The translations under genes were made by a program, and so were the position numbers. The notes beneath the pieces are model-generated. The model saw nothing but the letters and a program-made list of their open reading frames with translations, was not told the origin of the DNA and did no database searches. A DNA stretch of 64,000 nt from Octopus vulgaris. Taxonomy: Eukaryota. Where the stretch lies: positions 134,664,001 to 134,728,000 of the forward strand of contig OX597818.1 of assembly GCA_951406725.2 (NCBI GenBank), given 5' to 3'. This document shows, piece after piece, positions 40,403 to 53,042 of this stretch. The first letter of the stretch is position 1. Every line of letters begins with the position of its first letter.

Positions 40403-41463
40403 CAGGGTTCGATGGATAAATTGTCGGCATTTAATATTTTTGATTTCGCGCATGCGCATTGTTTGTTTTTATTTTGTCGACTACACAGTATGGTAGGATC
40501 AATTAGGCACCGTCTATAAGAAAAACAGCACCGTGACGCAATTCACTCTGACAGAAATTTGGAAACGACATGCTGTACTGCTTGGCATTCGCGCCGGAAG
40601 CTCAATTCCGAATATTTCGGAGTGTTCGGGTGTCAATACGAGGACATGAACCGAGAGTGATAAAAATCAAACATCCAGTCAACATCATAGTATTTGGAGT
40701 GATCACTAGTGATGCCAATTCTACTATATGGCTCAGAAACCTGGACGTTATCAAAGAAGCTTGAGAGGTAGTTGGATGGAACCTACACTCGCCTCCTTAT
40801 GAGAGCTCAAAATCTCTCGTGGAAGCGCCATCCAACCAAAATGCAAATATATGGGAAACTACCACCTGTGTCATCTCTTGTGAAAGGTAGGAGAGTCCAG
40901 TTTGCTGGACATTGTTGTAGAGCTGAAAAAGAAGTAATTTCTACTCTTCTCCTCTGGAAGCCATCTACTCGCAATACCAGAGGGCGCACACTCTCCTACC
41001 CTGATGTAATCTCCAGGGATACAGGCATCCAGCAACAGGACCTCCGTAATGCCATGATGGACCGTGAAGTCTGGCGTAGCATGGTAAATTCCATTGTCTC
41101 GGCCACGGTCGAACAATGGTGAATGAGTGATGCCTCCAGACTGCAACCCCATTGATATTTGTGTAGGGCGCAGTTGAGCGAGAGACCAACAAAACTCCTT
41201 GCAACACCAAAGATCAACTGAAGGCAAGGATTATGGCACATTGCACCAACTTAAATGAGGAGAACGTCCAGGAGAATTGCAGGAGATTCCGAAGTCGTCC
41301 GGAGGCCGTGGTTGAAGCCAATGGCGATTTTCTTGAATAAATTTACTCTTTAGTATTTCAAGATATTTTTATGTAATTCTGGTAAAGATATCTGTTAAAA
41401 TGAGATGTCAGTGTTATTTTCATTTCTGCATAATTTAGACGACAGTTTGTTCACTGCACCCTG
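40403..41463 (+). mobile_element. Deleted Tc1/mariner (maT/DD37D-like) element interrupted by an RTE fragment
   Basis: TA-CAGGGT...ACCCTG termini; KIKHPVNIIVFGVITSD and PDCNPID...CRRFRSRPEAVVEANGDFLE*. Confidence 0.7.
40717..41125 (+). mobile_element. 5'-truncated RTE-clade LINE 3' end
   Basis: ILLYGSETWTL...RRVQFAGHC; TSD AGTGATGCC (40708-40716, 41126-41134); near-identical to 56635-57121. Confidence 0.85.
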
Positions 41464-41678
41464 GACATTTACCAGCTTAATACTACGCATAAATATTACT
41501 CTTTTTATAGGTTAAACTTATTGTTCTTTAAAAAAAAAAAATGATCTGTGTACGTCTCATATTGCCTTGTATATTTAAATTATAAGTGGTAATTATACAC
41601 GGGCGCGCATACGTACACACATGCATACATACATACATACATACATACATACATACATACATACATACATACATACAA

Positions 41679-41767
<89 letters not shown>

Positions 41768-41963
41768 TAAGAAGTTTCCTTTCCAACTATTTGGTTCCGG
41801 GTTCAGTCTCACTGTGTGGCGCCTAGGATAAGTGTCTTCTACTATAGACCTTGGATGTCTTATGACTTGTGAGCAATGTTGGCGGAAACTGTGTAACAGC
41901 CCGTTATAGGTAAGTAGATAGGTAGGTAGGTAGGTAGGTAGGTAGGTAGGTAGGTAGAGACAC

Positions 41964-42052
<89 letters not shown>

Positions 42053-42196
42053 GTACCTTTATGTTTGTCCTCACTCCACTTGATAGCCGGCGTTGACTCG
42101 TTTACATCCCCGTAAGAGAGAGCGATAGAATAAGTACCAGACTTGCTGAAGCCAATTTGTTTCATAAAAAATGTGTGTGTGTGTGTGCGTGCATGC

Positions 42197-42242
<46 letters not shown>

Positions 42243-42275
42243 ATATGTATGTATATATATATATATGTGTATATA

Positions 42276-42326
<51 letters not shown>

Positions 42327-42419
42327 TATGTAATAATTAAGTAGCTTTCCTGCATTAAACTGCATGCTGTATATTGCGTCCGACTCCTGTTGCAGGTGCG
42401 CAACATCTCCATGGTTTTA

Positions 42420-43070
42420 TATCCTCTCAGAGACTTTTGTATCGTCTGCATATCTACTAGCAAAGATCGCTATCTGAACAACTGAAGGCATGTCTAAGAG
42501 GGCCACTATAAACAGCAGCAAAATGACAGTGGAGCTAAACCATCAAGCATACCAAACCTATCTCAAGCAAAACCGTTCGTCGTGATGTCCACAAAGCTGG
42601 ATACCAAAGGAGAGCTGCACTTGCTAAACCTCTCCTGTTCCCCCATGAACACTGACAAGCGAGGAAACTGATGGTGAAACCACCAGAAGTAGTCAATGGT
42701 TCAATGGAACAATGTTAACTCTGATGAATCATCATTCACCATTTTCCCCCACGTCGAGCAAGTTTATGCTTGGAGATACCCTAAGAAGCCTTCAGTCCTG
42801 ACTTCTTGATCCCTATCATGAAGTATGGAGGTGGCTCTGTTAGGATTTGAGCAGCCATATCACGGAGTTCGTTTGTCCCTTTAGTTGTTCTACAAAGCAG
42901 AGTTAACGCCCAGGATTAGCGGAATATTTTGGCTAATCCTGTCCATCCTATGGCACAAACATTATTCCGTGATGGTGCTACAATTTTGCAGTATAATGAA
43001 TTGATTCACACGGCTAAAGTCATTCAAAATTAGCATTAAGAGCACTAAAGTGAAGTAGACCACTTTGATT
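42420..43070 (+). pseudogene. Highly degraded Tc1 transposase
   Basis: Residual KPLL, SDESSF and MKYGGGSV motifs with many stops and frameshifts. Confidence 0.6.
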
Positions 43071-43752
43071 GTAAATATCAAGAATTCCGGTGTAATTTCG
43101 AAGAAATGGAGACGTAATAATACATTATGACCTACTTGCAATACGAAATGAAAACGAATGAGTAATAACTACAGAAGTGTTACTGCAATACTTGCACACA
43201 TAAGAAGTCAATTATTTCCACTGACTTTTATACATAATATGGATCTTTTCTGTTGCTATAAGTTGTTTTTTTCTGTCTTCAAATTTGGTGCACCGATTTA
43301 GTTTGCTCGGGTTTGTTTCCACCCTTTAGAATTGGAATTTTTGAAAAGTAAAAATTTTGCATTATGTAGCTTGTTATTCTCTTTAAGTGAACATTTTTTT
43401 CTGGTTGAAATACACCGATAAATGGCGACACAGCAGTCAAAAAATCGTAAAAAGTATGGATTTTCATAGGAAAAAAAGCACCTTTTTGATGTAAATAATT
43501 TTTGGTGTTAACATGGTCCGATTTGAAGTTTTTCTTCTACGGAAGGAAGAGCAAACCTTCTATCATACTCTCAATTTTGGTCAACTTACGCCTCAGTGTC
43601 ACGGAAGAGATAGTGTTAGTTGAAGGCTACCAAACCTGCCATACACAGACAACTTCAGCTTTATATAGAGAGAGATTATGAACATGAAATTCATTTTTGC
43701 CATAAATTAATAAATAAAATGGTAATAGCTTTTAAAGCTGGCAAATTTTGAG

Positions 43753-43826
<74 letters not shown>

Positions 43827-45602
43827 AGCACTCCGTCGGTTACGACGACGAGGGTCCCAGCTGATACGATCAACGGAACAGCTTGCTCGTGAAATTGACG
43901 TGCAAGTGACAGAGCAATCCACAGACACGTGTACCCCTAACGTAGTTTTCAGGGAGATTTAGCGTGACACAGAGTGTGACAAAGCCGGCCCTTTGAAATA
44001 CAGGTACAACTCATTTTTGCCAGCTGAATGGAATGGAGAAACGGGAAATAAAGTGTCTTGCTCAAGGGCACAACGCGTCGCAGGGAATTGAACTCACGGT
44101 CTTACAATCGTGAGCCGAATGCCCTAACCACTAAGCCACGTATGCGAGGGTGCATGGCCTAGTTGTTATCGTGTTGCACTCACAATCCAAATGGTGCGTT
44201 GTGTTCTTCAACAAGTCACTTCATTTCACATTGCTCTGCGACCACTTCGACACCTGACGCGTGGTACACAGTGCACCTGTTCAAACAACATCGATTTGAT
44301 TGAAGGGGTGAGCTAATGTGTGGCACGAACATTTTGACCACTGTAAACAAATAATTTGTGCAGGTCGTTCTGCAAAAGCTGAACGCTCATACATCGTCTT
44401 CGACTGGAGAGGGATCTTTTCATTTTGAAGGCCAGATTTTCCTAGTTAACTAAACAATTTGGAACTTCGTATACTGGTAGAATGTGTCAAAAGAAAACAT
44501 TATTGTAAACAAAATTGAAAACAAAAATGAAAAGATCCCTGGAGAGTCCATCATATATATTTGTATGTGTGTGTGTTTTTGCGCCTGTGCTTGTCCCTCA
44601 CCACCACCACCACCACCACCAGTATAGGTGTGTTTACGTTCCCGTAACCTAGCGATTCGGCAAAACAAACTGGTAAAATAAAGTACCAGGCTTAACAAAA
44701 AAAGTACTGGAGTTCATTTATTCGATTAAAAATTCTTCAGGACTGCAATCAGATTGAAACAAGTAAAAGATAGAGGATGGCTGCCAAATAAATACATACA
44801 TGTAAGTTGCTTACATATTTTTCTATGCGAATAAAGCATATACTGTACGAATTAGTTTTATTTTCCTCCCCTTAGTAACCAATATCTAGTTTTCGTATTG
44901 GTATTTCCAATAAGAATGATGTGCTTTGATTTATAAATTTCCCATACTTCAGAAATTACGCCGAAATTCTCCCGGTTTATGATCCCGTTTATTAAATGTA
45001 CAAAATCTAGGTTAACTATTATATATTGAGATGTTCAGACGCTTAACACTTATAAACGCTTTCCTCTACATAAAAATTTAGCAGGGATATGCCCTTGTTT
45101 TGTATGCCGCCTACTCGTTTACTGATACAAAATATAGATTATAATAATTGTAATTTTCCCGTGGATTTTTACACTAACAATTGTCATATTGAGTTTGCGG
45201 TTTGTGTGGTTGTGTCTGTTGCTCATGGCGGCGGTGGTGATGGCGGTCGTGGCGGTGGTGATGGCGGTCGTGGCGGCGGCGGCGGCGTGAGTGTGTGTGT
45301 ACTAACAGCAGATGTACGACAGCAGCAGCAGCAGCGCGCCGCCGCTGCAGGCGCCATCACCGTCATCACAGATGTGTGGCCTAGTAAGTTAGGGTGTTGC
45401 ACTCACGAACGCTAGACCGAGCGGCGCGTTGTTTTCTTATACAAAATACTTCGTTTTACGTTGCTCAAGTCGAGTCAGCTGTAAATGAGAAACCTTGCGA
45501 TGGCTTCATTCGAAAGATGAAATTATGCAAACCGCACTGTGACCTGTAATGCATAACAACACCCGATAGTCTGGTCGTGGTCGATCACGTTATATATATA
45601 TA

Positions 45603-46115
45603 CTAGCAGTATCGCCCGGCGTTGCTCGGGTTTGTAAGGGAAATAACTATATAAGCATTTTTAGAGAGTTACTTCCTTTATAGATGCCAATTCGGGCTTT
45701 CTTAGCCATTTCTGTTTTGGTGTCTTCAAGCCATGAAGTCGTTGTTCTAAAAGAACGCTGGTCTCCTTGACAACGCTTTACGACGTTGATTTCCTTAAGC
45801 TCCCTTCCCCACAGCTTCACGAGGGAGGGAAGAAGGGGGAGAAGCAAACAGGTGCAGGTGTGACCATGGACGCCAACTCCGCCGCCATCGACACACGAAA
45901 AATTATGCATTAAAATGGAATAAAAAATGATGTTAAATTATTTTTAAAATCGTAGACTCATCGTAGACGCGCGCTAATACTCAGACGGGCTCGATATGAA
46001 TCACGACTATAAGATACCCGAATTTGGTTAAACTGCACCGCAAAATGTGGGAGGAGTTAGGAATCTAAATCGTAGGAGACAGACACTCACACAACTACAG
46101 TTTTATATATATAGA
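45603..46115 (-). mobile_element. Non-autonomous Helitron (family H1)
   Basis: Minus strand: 5' TC..., 3' hairpin CCCGAGCAACGCCGGG then CTAG, inserted at A|T. Near-identical copy at 52362-52870(-) and a related copy at 48406-48800(+). Confidence 0.8.
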
Positions 46116-47140
46116 TGACCCCAGGACTTATTCTTTGTAAGCACGCGAACATTGACTGTCAAGCGATGGTGGGAGGACAAACACAGGCACGAAGACATTT
46201 TTCGTCTGCACGCCCTTTCATTTTGCCACCACCACTCACACACGCACACATGCACACTACCTCTGTTCACCTCCCACTATTTTTACTTCTCACCACGACT
46301 CCACCCGAGCATTGCTGACTTGAAGAGTTCCGTAGAACACCTGCAAGTCAAAGGTGGAGCGGATCTGGTTATCAGCTGAGTCCATTATAAAGATCGTACC
46401 ACCTCCTTCCTTTGGCTGAGAAGGTTGAGCTGTTTAGGCGAAAGAGGCTATGTGAGGACCAGGCTGTAAGATCTGAAGACGTGCACCTTCCTCTTTGGTC
46501 AAGCCCTCGTCGACGTTTTTCAAGTTACAGACGAAAAAGACAATGAGGGTAAACTAGGAAATACTGTCCCTGGGGAAATTTGTTGAAATGTGGATGAGAG
46601 TGGCGAGCATGGTCTGGGCGGCCGGGCCTTCTCTGAGCATCTTTATATCTCTTATTATAAAAGGCAGATTTTATCTGCCTCCCTTTGGGAGTTATACAAA
46701 TCTACAATATAGGATTTCTTCAATTACAAGTTACCTTGCATTTTTAAGAGTACAATGCATCGCGTCATGCCAGGTCCAGTTTTTAAAATTTAAACTCCAG
46801 TTAAGCAAAATTTACAGAAAACTCACATTCTGGTGTGTGTGTCAAATGCTTTTCTTAGTCTGGTTTACACCACACGCAAACGCACACACACAGTGGGCAA
46901 CGAATAAAATGAAAGTAATTGACTTACTGTAGTGAGTGATTCTTTCACTCTGCCTCCCACTTCCTCTTTCCACACAGACACGCAAATATATAAATAAAAT
47001 TGTAAGCTAACGTGCGTGTGTGTGAGTGGGTGTGTGTGGGTGTGCGCGTGTGTGTGTGTGTGAGGGTGCGTGTGTGCGTGAGTGTGTGACAGGAAAGTTT
47101 TTTTACGACGAATATAACACCTATATCCAAGTAGCAGAAA

Positions 47141-47620
47141 GATAAGACAGTAAGGTGTGATTTGAGGGAGATTTGGCTGCTATTTCTACCATGTCTAGCT
47201 GCCATGTAGGGGTCTCCCTCATAGGCTCATACATACATATATACATAGATAAGACAGTAAGGTGTGATTTGGGGAAATTTGGCTGCTATTTCTACCAGGT
47301 CTAGCTGCCATGTAGGGGTCTCCCTCATAGGCTCATACATACATATATACATAGATAAGACAGTAAGGTGTGATTTGGGGGAAATTTGGCTGCTATTTCT
47401 ACCAGGTCTAGCTGCCATGTAGGGGTCTCCCTCATAGGCTCATACATACATATATACATAGATAAGACAGTAAGGTGTGATTTGGGGGAAATTTGGCTGC
47501 TATTTCTACCAGGTCTAGCTACTATGTAGAGGTCCCCCTCATTGGCTCATATATATATACATACATAAGACAGTAAGGTGTGATTTGAGGGAGATTTGGC
47601 TGCTGTTTCTACCAGGTCTG
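47141..47620 (+). repeat. Minisatellite, 106-107 bp x ~4.5
   Basis: Unit starts at 47141, 47248, 47354, 47461 and ~47566. Confidence 0.9.
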
Positions 47621-47982
47621 TTAGGCCTTCTCATGTAAACTCAAGCTTTCTCATGCCTTGAACATAAGACCAAAGCAGAGAATGTATTCTTTTATTCTTC
47701 TGCTTTTTCCAGCCATTGGTCTGTGGCCATGCTGGGGCAATGCCTTGAAGAATTGTAGTTTAATGAATCAACTCGTTTTATTTTTGTAAGCATTGTACTT
47801 ATTCTATCTGTTTCCTTTGTCAAACCACTAGGTGACAGGGATGTAAACAAACCAACATTCGTTGTCAAGCAGTGGTGGAGGACAATCACAAGCACAGACA
47901 CGCACACACACACACATACATGCATACACATATACACACATACATACATACATACATATATATATGTGTGTGTATATATATA

Positions 47983-48241
47983 TTGCAGCGTGGAAGGTGT
48001 TTGTAAGCCATTTAAGAAACACACAAAAACCGTTACATTCACTTCAACATTTAAATTTAATTTGCCAAAATATTTTCGTCGCTTTGAGACCGCGACCTGT
48101 TCACTGACAAAAATATCGTGCTAACAGGTCGCGGTCTCAAAGCGATGAAAATATTTTGACAAATTAAATTTAAATGTTGAAGTGAATCTAACGGTTTTTG
48201 TGTGTTTCTTAAATGGCTTATAAACACCTTCAACGCTGCAA
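47983..48241. repeat. ~120-bp inverted repeat in (TA)n carrying a variant HHR
   Basis: 47983-48102 is the reverse complement of 48123-48241. Confidence 0.9.
48062..48110 (-). ncRNA. Type I hammerhead with G3-C8 swapped core (GUGAACA)
   Basis: Minus strand: TTGTCA-GTGAACA-G-GTCGC.GGTCTCAAA.GCGAC-GAAA-ATAT-TT-TGGCAA. Confidence 0.65.
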
Positions 48242-48405
48242 CTGTTTTCGTTCCAGCACACGATCTCAGATCAAGTCACTTGCTATGCAAGTACATCTCT
48301 GTAACTATATATATATTTATATATATATATATATATGTATATTGGTAAAAACAGTAAGATAACAAAAGAAAGAAAGAGACCTCAATATTATGTAAATAGA
48401 GGAAA

Positions 48406-49126
48406 TCTTTATATATAAAAGTGAGGTTGTGTGTCTGTCTCCTACGATTTAGATTCCTAACTACTCCCACATTTTGCGGTGCAGTTTAACCAAAACCGGG
48501 TATCTTATAGTCGTGATTCATATCGAGACCGTCTGGGTATTAGCGCGCGTCTACGATGAGTCTACGATTTTAAAAAAAATTTACCATCAATTTTTCCCAT
48601 TTTTAATCCATTTTTGACATATATAAGGGAAGTAACTCTCTAAAATTTATTATTAAATCTCAGAACGTAAAAAGCTACAGTAACACCCCTCCCCCTTTGT
48701 GGTTAGCCATATTGAGATGGCTATTATACTTTACATCTCTAAAAATGCTTATATAATTATTTCCCTTACAAACCCGAGCAACGCCGGGTGATACTGCTAG
48801 TATATATATAAACGGCAAAATGTCTGTGTGTGTGTCCTTTATACAAATCCACAATTTTTTAGTCAGAGGGCTCGCACTTTCTATGGTTATTCAAAACCGT
48901 CCAAGGGTGGCTATGCACATCTTTACATTTCCCCAGTCACCCCGCAAAGCCATTAAAAAATTCAATAGAAGTGACTTTTTTGTGAATTTTCTATCCAAAA
49001 CCCAATCAAAATGCTCGAAACTTGATACGCCAATTGAATGCCAGCTAGCTGTATGTGATTGATCGGAGATTTGGACAGCACTCGCGTGTATGTGCGCACG
49101 CACACAGCTGTATATGCATGCACTAG
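48406..49126 (+). mobile_element. Two head-to-tail Helitron-like elements (48406-48800 H1; 48801-49126 H2)
   Basis: TC start, hairpin + CTAG end at 48800; the second element matches 3475-3856. Confidence 0.7.
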
Positions 49127-51969
49127 CAGTATGTTACATATCTTGTTACATATCTTTTCCTGAATAACAAAGCTCCCAGGAAGACCAGAGGAGAGAGGTA
49201 ATTGCGTTTGTCAGTAATTAGTGGATGCAAACAGTTACAAGTTAGATTGGAAGGGTTTAAGATAATGAGGATGAGGAAGTTAAAATAATTAGTCATTGAG
49301 ATAACATATTTTTTCTTCTGTGCATAGTTATTTCAAAATACAATAATGTTTGTTGGTCACACCATTAATTTTATTGGTATTGTCAAAACCAGAAGTCAAA
49401 CTGCAGCATCCAGATAATTATGGAGCCTTATAGGGATGTTAAAATTTGGGTGCAATAAATTGGTTATACTTCTACAATCCATAAAATATTTTAACAATTT
49501 TTAGTAATATATTTCCTAGTGTGGAGGCGCAATGGCCCAGTGGTTAGGGTAGCGGACTTGCGGTCGGAGGATCGCGGTTTCGATTCCCAGACCGGGCGTT
49601 GTGCGTGTTTATAGAGCGAAAACACCTAAAGCTCCACGAGGCTCCGGCAGGGAGTGGGGGCGACCCCTGTTTTACTCTTTCGCCCCAACTTTCTCTCAAT
49701 CTTTCTTCCTGTTTCTTGAGTAACGCTGCGATGGACCAAACTGTGTCTCCTAACAGAGAATGTACTGTAGCATCTGTCCGCCTTAGTAGCATCTCGTATA
49801 TAAAACCAAGCGATTTGGTTTCAAATTTTGGCACAAGGCCAGCATATTCGGGGTTAGAGGTAAGCCGATTACATCGAGCCCAGTGCTTAACTGGTACTTA
49901 TTTTATCGACCTTGAGAGCATGAAAGGTATAGTCGTTCTCGGCGGAATTTGAACTCAGAACATAAAGACAGACGACATGCCGCTAAGCATTTTGCCAGGC
50001 GTGCCAACGATTCTACAAGCTCGCCGCCTTGACTCAAACAATAAGTACTTACAGTATTTACGCTTATTACGTTTTGCCGGATGAACCATTGTGAGTTTCT
50101 TGCCACCACCTTTCCTTTTTCTTCCCCCTTTGAACACGTTAAACCTTCACCTGTGTGATCTCTATTTTTCCGTTTAGACGTACTTACGTTTTTTCTAATC
50201 ATCGGTCTATAATTATGAAGAGATAAAACGGTCAGATAAAAAAATATAACATTTCTTTGTCAGAGGTGTAATTAAATAAATGGTATGAAGTGAATAATTC
50301 AAATATATATATTTGACGTGTCAAGCTGACTTTACCTATTTCCGGTTGATCATGCGCATGACGAAATATTACACTCCATTCACTATCTACAGTATCCATA
50401 GCAACAGTTTCGCAACTTGCTTATAACCTTAACATCTTCACAAATGTAACTGGGTACCAAAGTTCGGGACTCATATATGCACTGTGCACTTGTACCAGTA
50501 AATTATTGTTTTGGTGTCATTGTATATTCGTAACGCTTCTATTGTGAGGTGTGATCTTGTCTAAGGTCCCTTTCGTCTTGGGCAAAATACTGCTAAGCAT
50601 TTCGCCCGGCGTGCTAACGATTCTGCCAGCTCGCCGCCTTATAGATTCTGATATAATCGATACCTGCACCTTCTGAAGCGAGCATTTCATTAAGTAGAAA
50701 ATTTCCTTAAAAAGTATCCATTTTTCTAGAAGTTATGAGGAGTCAAATTCGGTAGGGGCACACCTGTGAACGTATGTCTTTACTTTATTAGTATGCTATT
50801 TATTGTTTTTAAATATGCTCATATTTGAAAAAAAAAAAAGTTAATACTAAATTTTCACAAAAATTTACCATCAATGACATCTTCAAAATGTAATGCTCAC
50901 TTTACAAGCCATCGCTGCTGGAAATAGGAGTTCGGTGCAGATTTCGATACTAAAAATATAGATTTTATGCATATAGAACACGTATAAGTTATATACATAA
51001 AGAAACACATTTAGAATATATATACATCACAAAACGAAAGCTCGCCGAGCAGGTATCTTCTGAAACTTTTCATGGAAGCATTGAAATCTTTTTTCACCTC
51101 TTTTCCTTTGCAAATAAGCTTTCGTTCAAATTTTAGCCCTTTACTGCGAAATTCATCGCCACTTTATATTCTTGCCTTTTATCTCTTTCTTTTTTAAAAC
51201 AAGTCACTTCATTGTCGACCATTTTATATACCTCATTCGAAAGACCACTTATTTAAGACAAGCAGGCTTCTCTTTTTTTTTTTAAGTGTCTATGAAAAAA
51301 ATATTTGATTCCTGCAGATTTGGAAACGACCATTGAATTTTGCAAGAATAATTTTGTTAACTTAGAGTGAGTAATCATTTATAGTACACTGCAACCTTTT
51401 TAAATGTTGAGCTCTGCTTATGGACCCATTACCAACACCGCCAAGAAGTATCTTTGTAATCTTAGATCAGAGATTTTGACATGTTTTGTCTTTGTCTTTT
51501 TTTTCCTCTGTGAGGTTAATTAGATGTCACTGTCAGGAATTTGTAAAGAGCTCGTACAAATTATCCAGTCTTAGGTAAGGCTCCAGTGACAAAATAAAGA
51601 AATAAAACAGTTATAAATATTTTGACAGTATATAATATAAACAATAAAAATCTGTCCAATGAGTAATTGCTGGTAGGGGATACAGAAAGCAGAATTTCCC
51701 CGTGGATTTTTTACACTGACAAAAAAATTAGACTGCGTTGGCGGTGACTGGTCACAGCTGCTGCTGCTGCCGCTGCTACTGGTGCCGGTGCTGCTATCGA
51801 TGCTGCTGCTGCTGCTGCTGCTGCCGATGTTCCTACTGCTTCTTGTGGCGACGGTGGTGGGTATGATGTTGGTGTTGGTGGTGGCGGCAGTGGCTGTGGT
51901 GAAGAGCGGGTGTGACAATAGTGGAGGATGTGAGGCGAGATTAATTGGCTGATAAAATCAGTATATATG

Positions 51970-52011
<42 letters not shown>

Positions 52012-52292
52012 CGTGACCGTGACCGACCAGGCCATCAGATGTTGTTACACATCGCTGGTCACAATGCGCTTCGCATTGTTTAAGCCTTCAAATGACGCCA
52101 GGCCAACAGAAGAAAGAATGAGAGAAAGTTGTGGCGAAAGAGTACAGCAGGGATCGCCACCACCCCCTGCCGGAGCCTCGTGGAGCTTCAGGTGTTTTCG
52201 CTCAATAAACACTCACAACGCCCGGTCTGGGAATCGAAACCGCGATCCTACGACCGCGAGTCCGCTGCCCTAACCACTAGGCCATTGCGCCT

Positions 52293-52361
<69 letters not shown>

Positions 52362-52858
52362 CTAGCAGTATCGCCCGGCGTTGCTCGGGTTTGTAAGGGA
52401 AATAACTATATAAGCATTTTTAGAGAGTTACTTCCCTTATATATGCCAATTCGGGCTTTCTTAACCATTTCTGTTTTGGTGTCTTCAAGCCATGAAGTCG
52501 TTGTTCTAAAAGAACGCTGGTCTCCTTGACAACGCTTTACGACGTTGATTTTTTTACACTCCCTTCCCCACAGCTTCACGAGGGAGGGAAGAAGGGGGAG
52601 AAGCAAACAGGTGCAGGTGTGACCATGGACGCCAACTCCGCCGCCATCGACACACGAAAAATTATGCATTAAAATGGAATAAAAAATGATGTTAAATTAT
52701 TTTTAAAATCGTAGACTCATCGTAGACGCGCGCTAATACTCAGACGGGCTCGATATGAATCACGACTATAAGATACCCGAATTTGGTTAAACTGCACCGC
52801 AAAATGTGGGAGTAGTTAGGAATCTAAATCGAAGGGGACAGACACTCACACAACTACA

Positions 52859-52870
<12 letters not shown>
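52362..52870 (-). mobile_element. Non-autonomous Helitron (family H1)
   Basis: Near-identical to 45603-46115. Confidence 0.8.
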
Positions 52871-52895
<25 letters not shown>

Positions 52896-52900
52896 ACATA

Positions 52901-53042
52901 GTGAATTATATTTGCCACTTAAATGTGGCTAACCCCTAAGGGTGGATGCTACTGTAGCTTGTAGCCCCAGGAGTACGACCTCAAGCTACAGTAGCATCCA
53001 CCCTTAGGGGTTAGCTACATTTAAGTGGCAAATATAATTCAC
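52901..53042. repeat. ~61-bp inverted repeat next to (TA)n
   Basis: GTGAATTATATTTGCCACTTAAATG...GTAGCTTG (52901-52961) versus 52982-53042. Confidence 0.85.
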
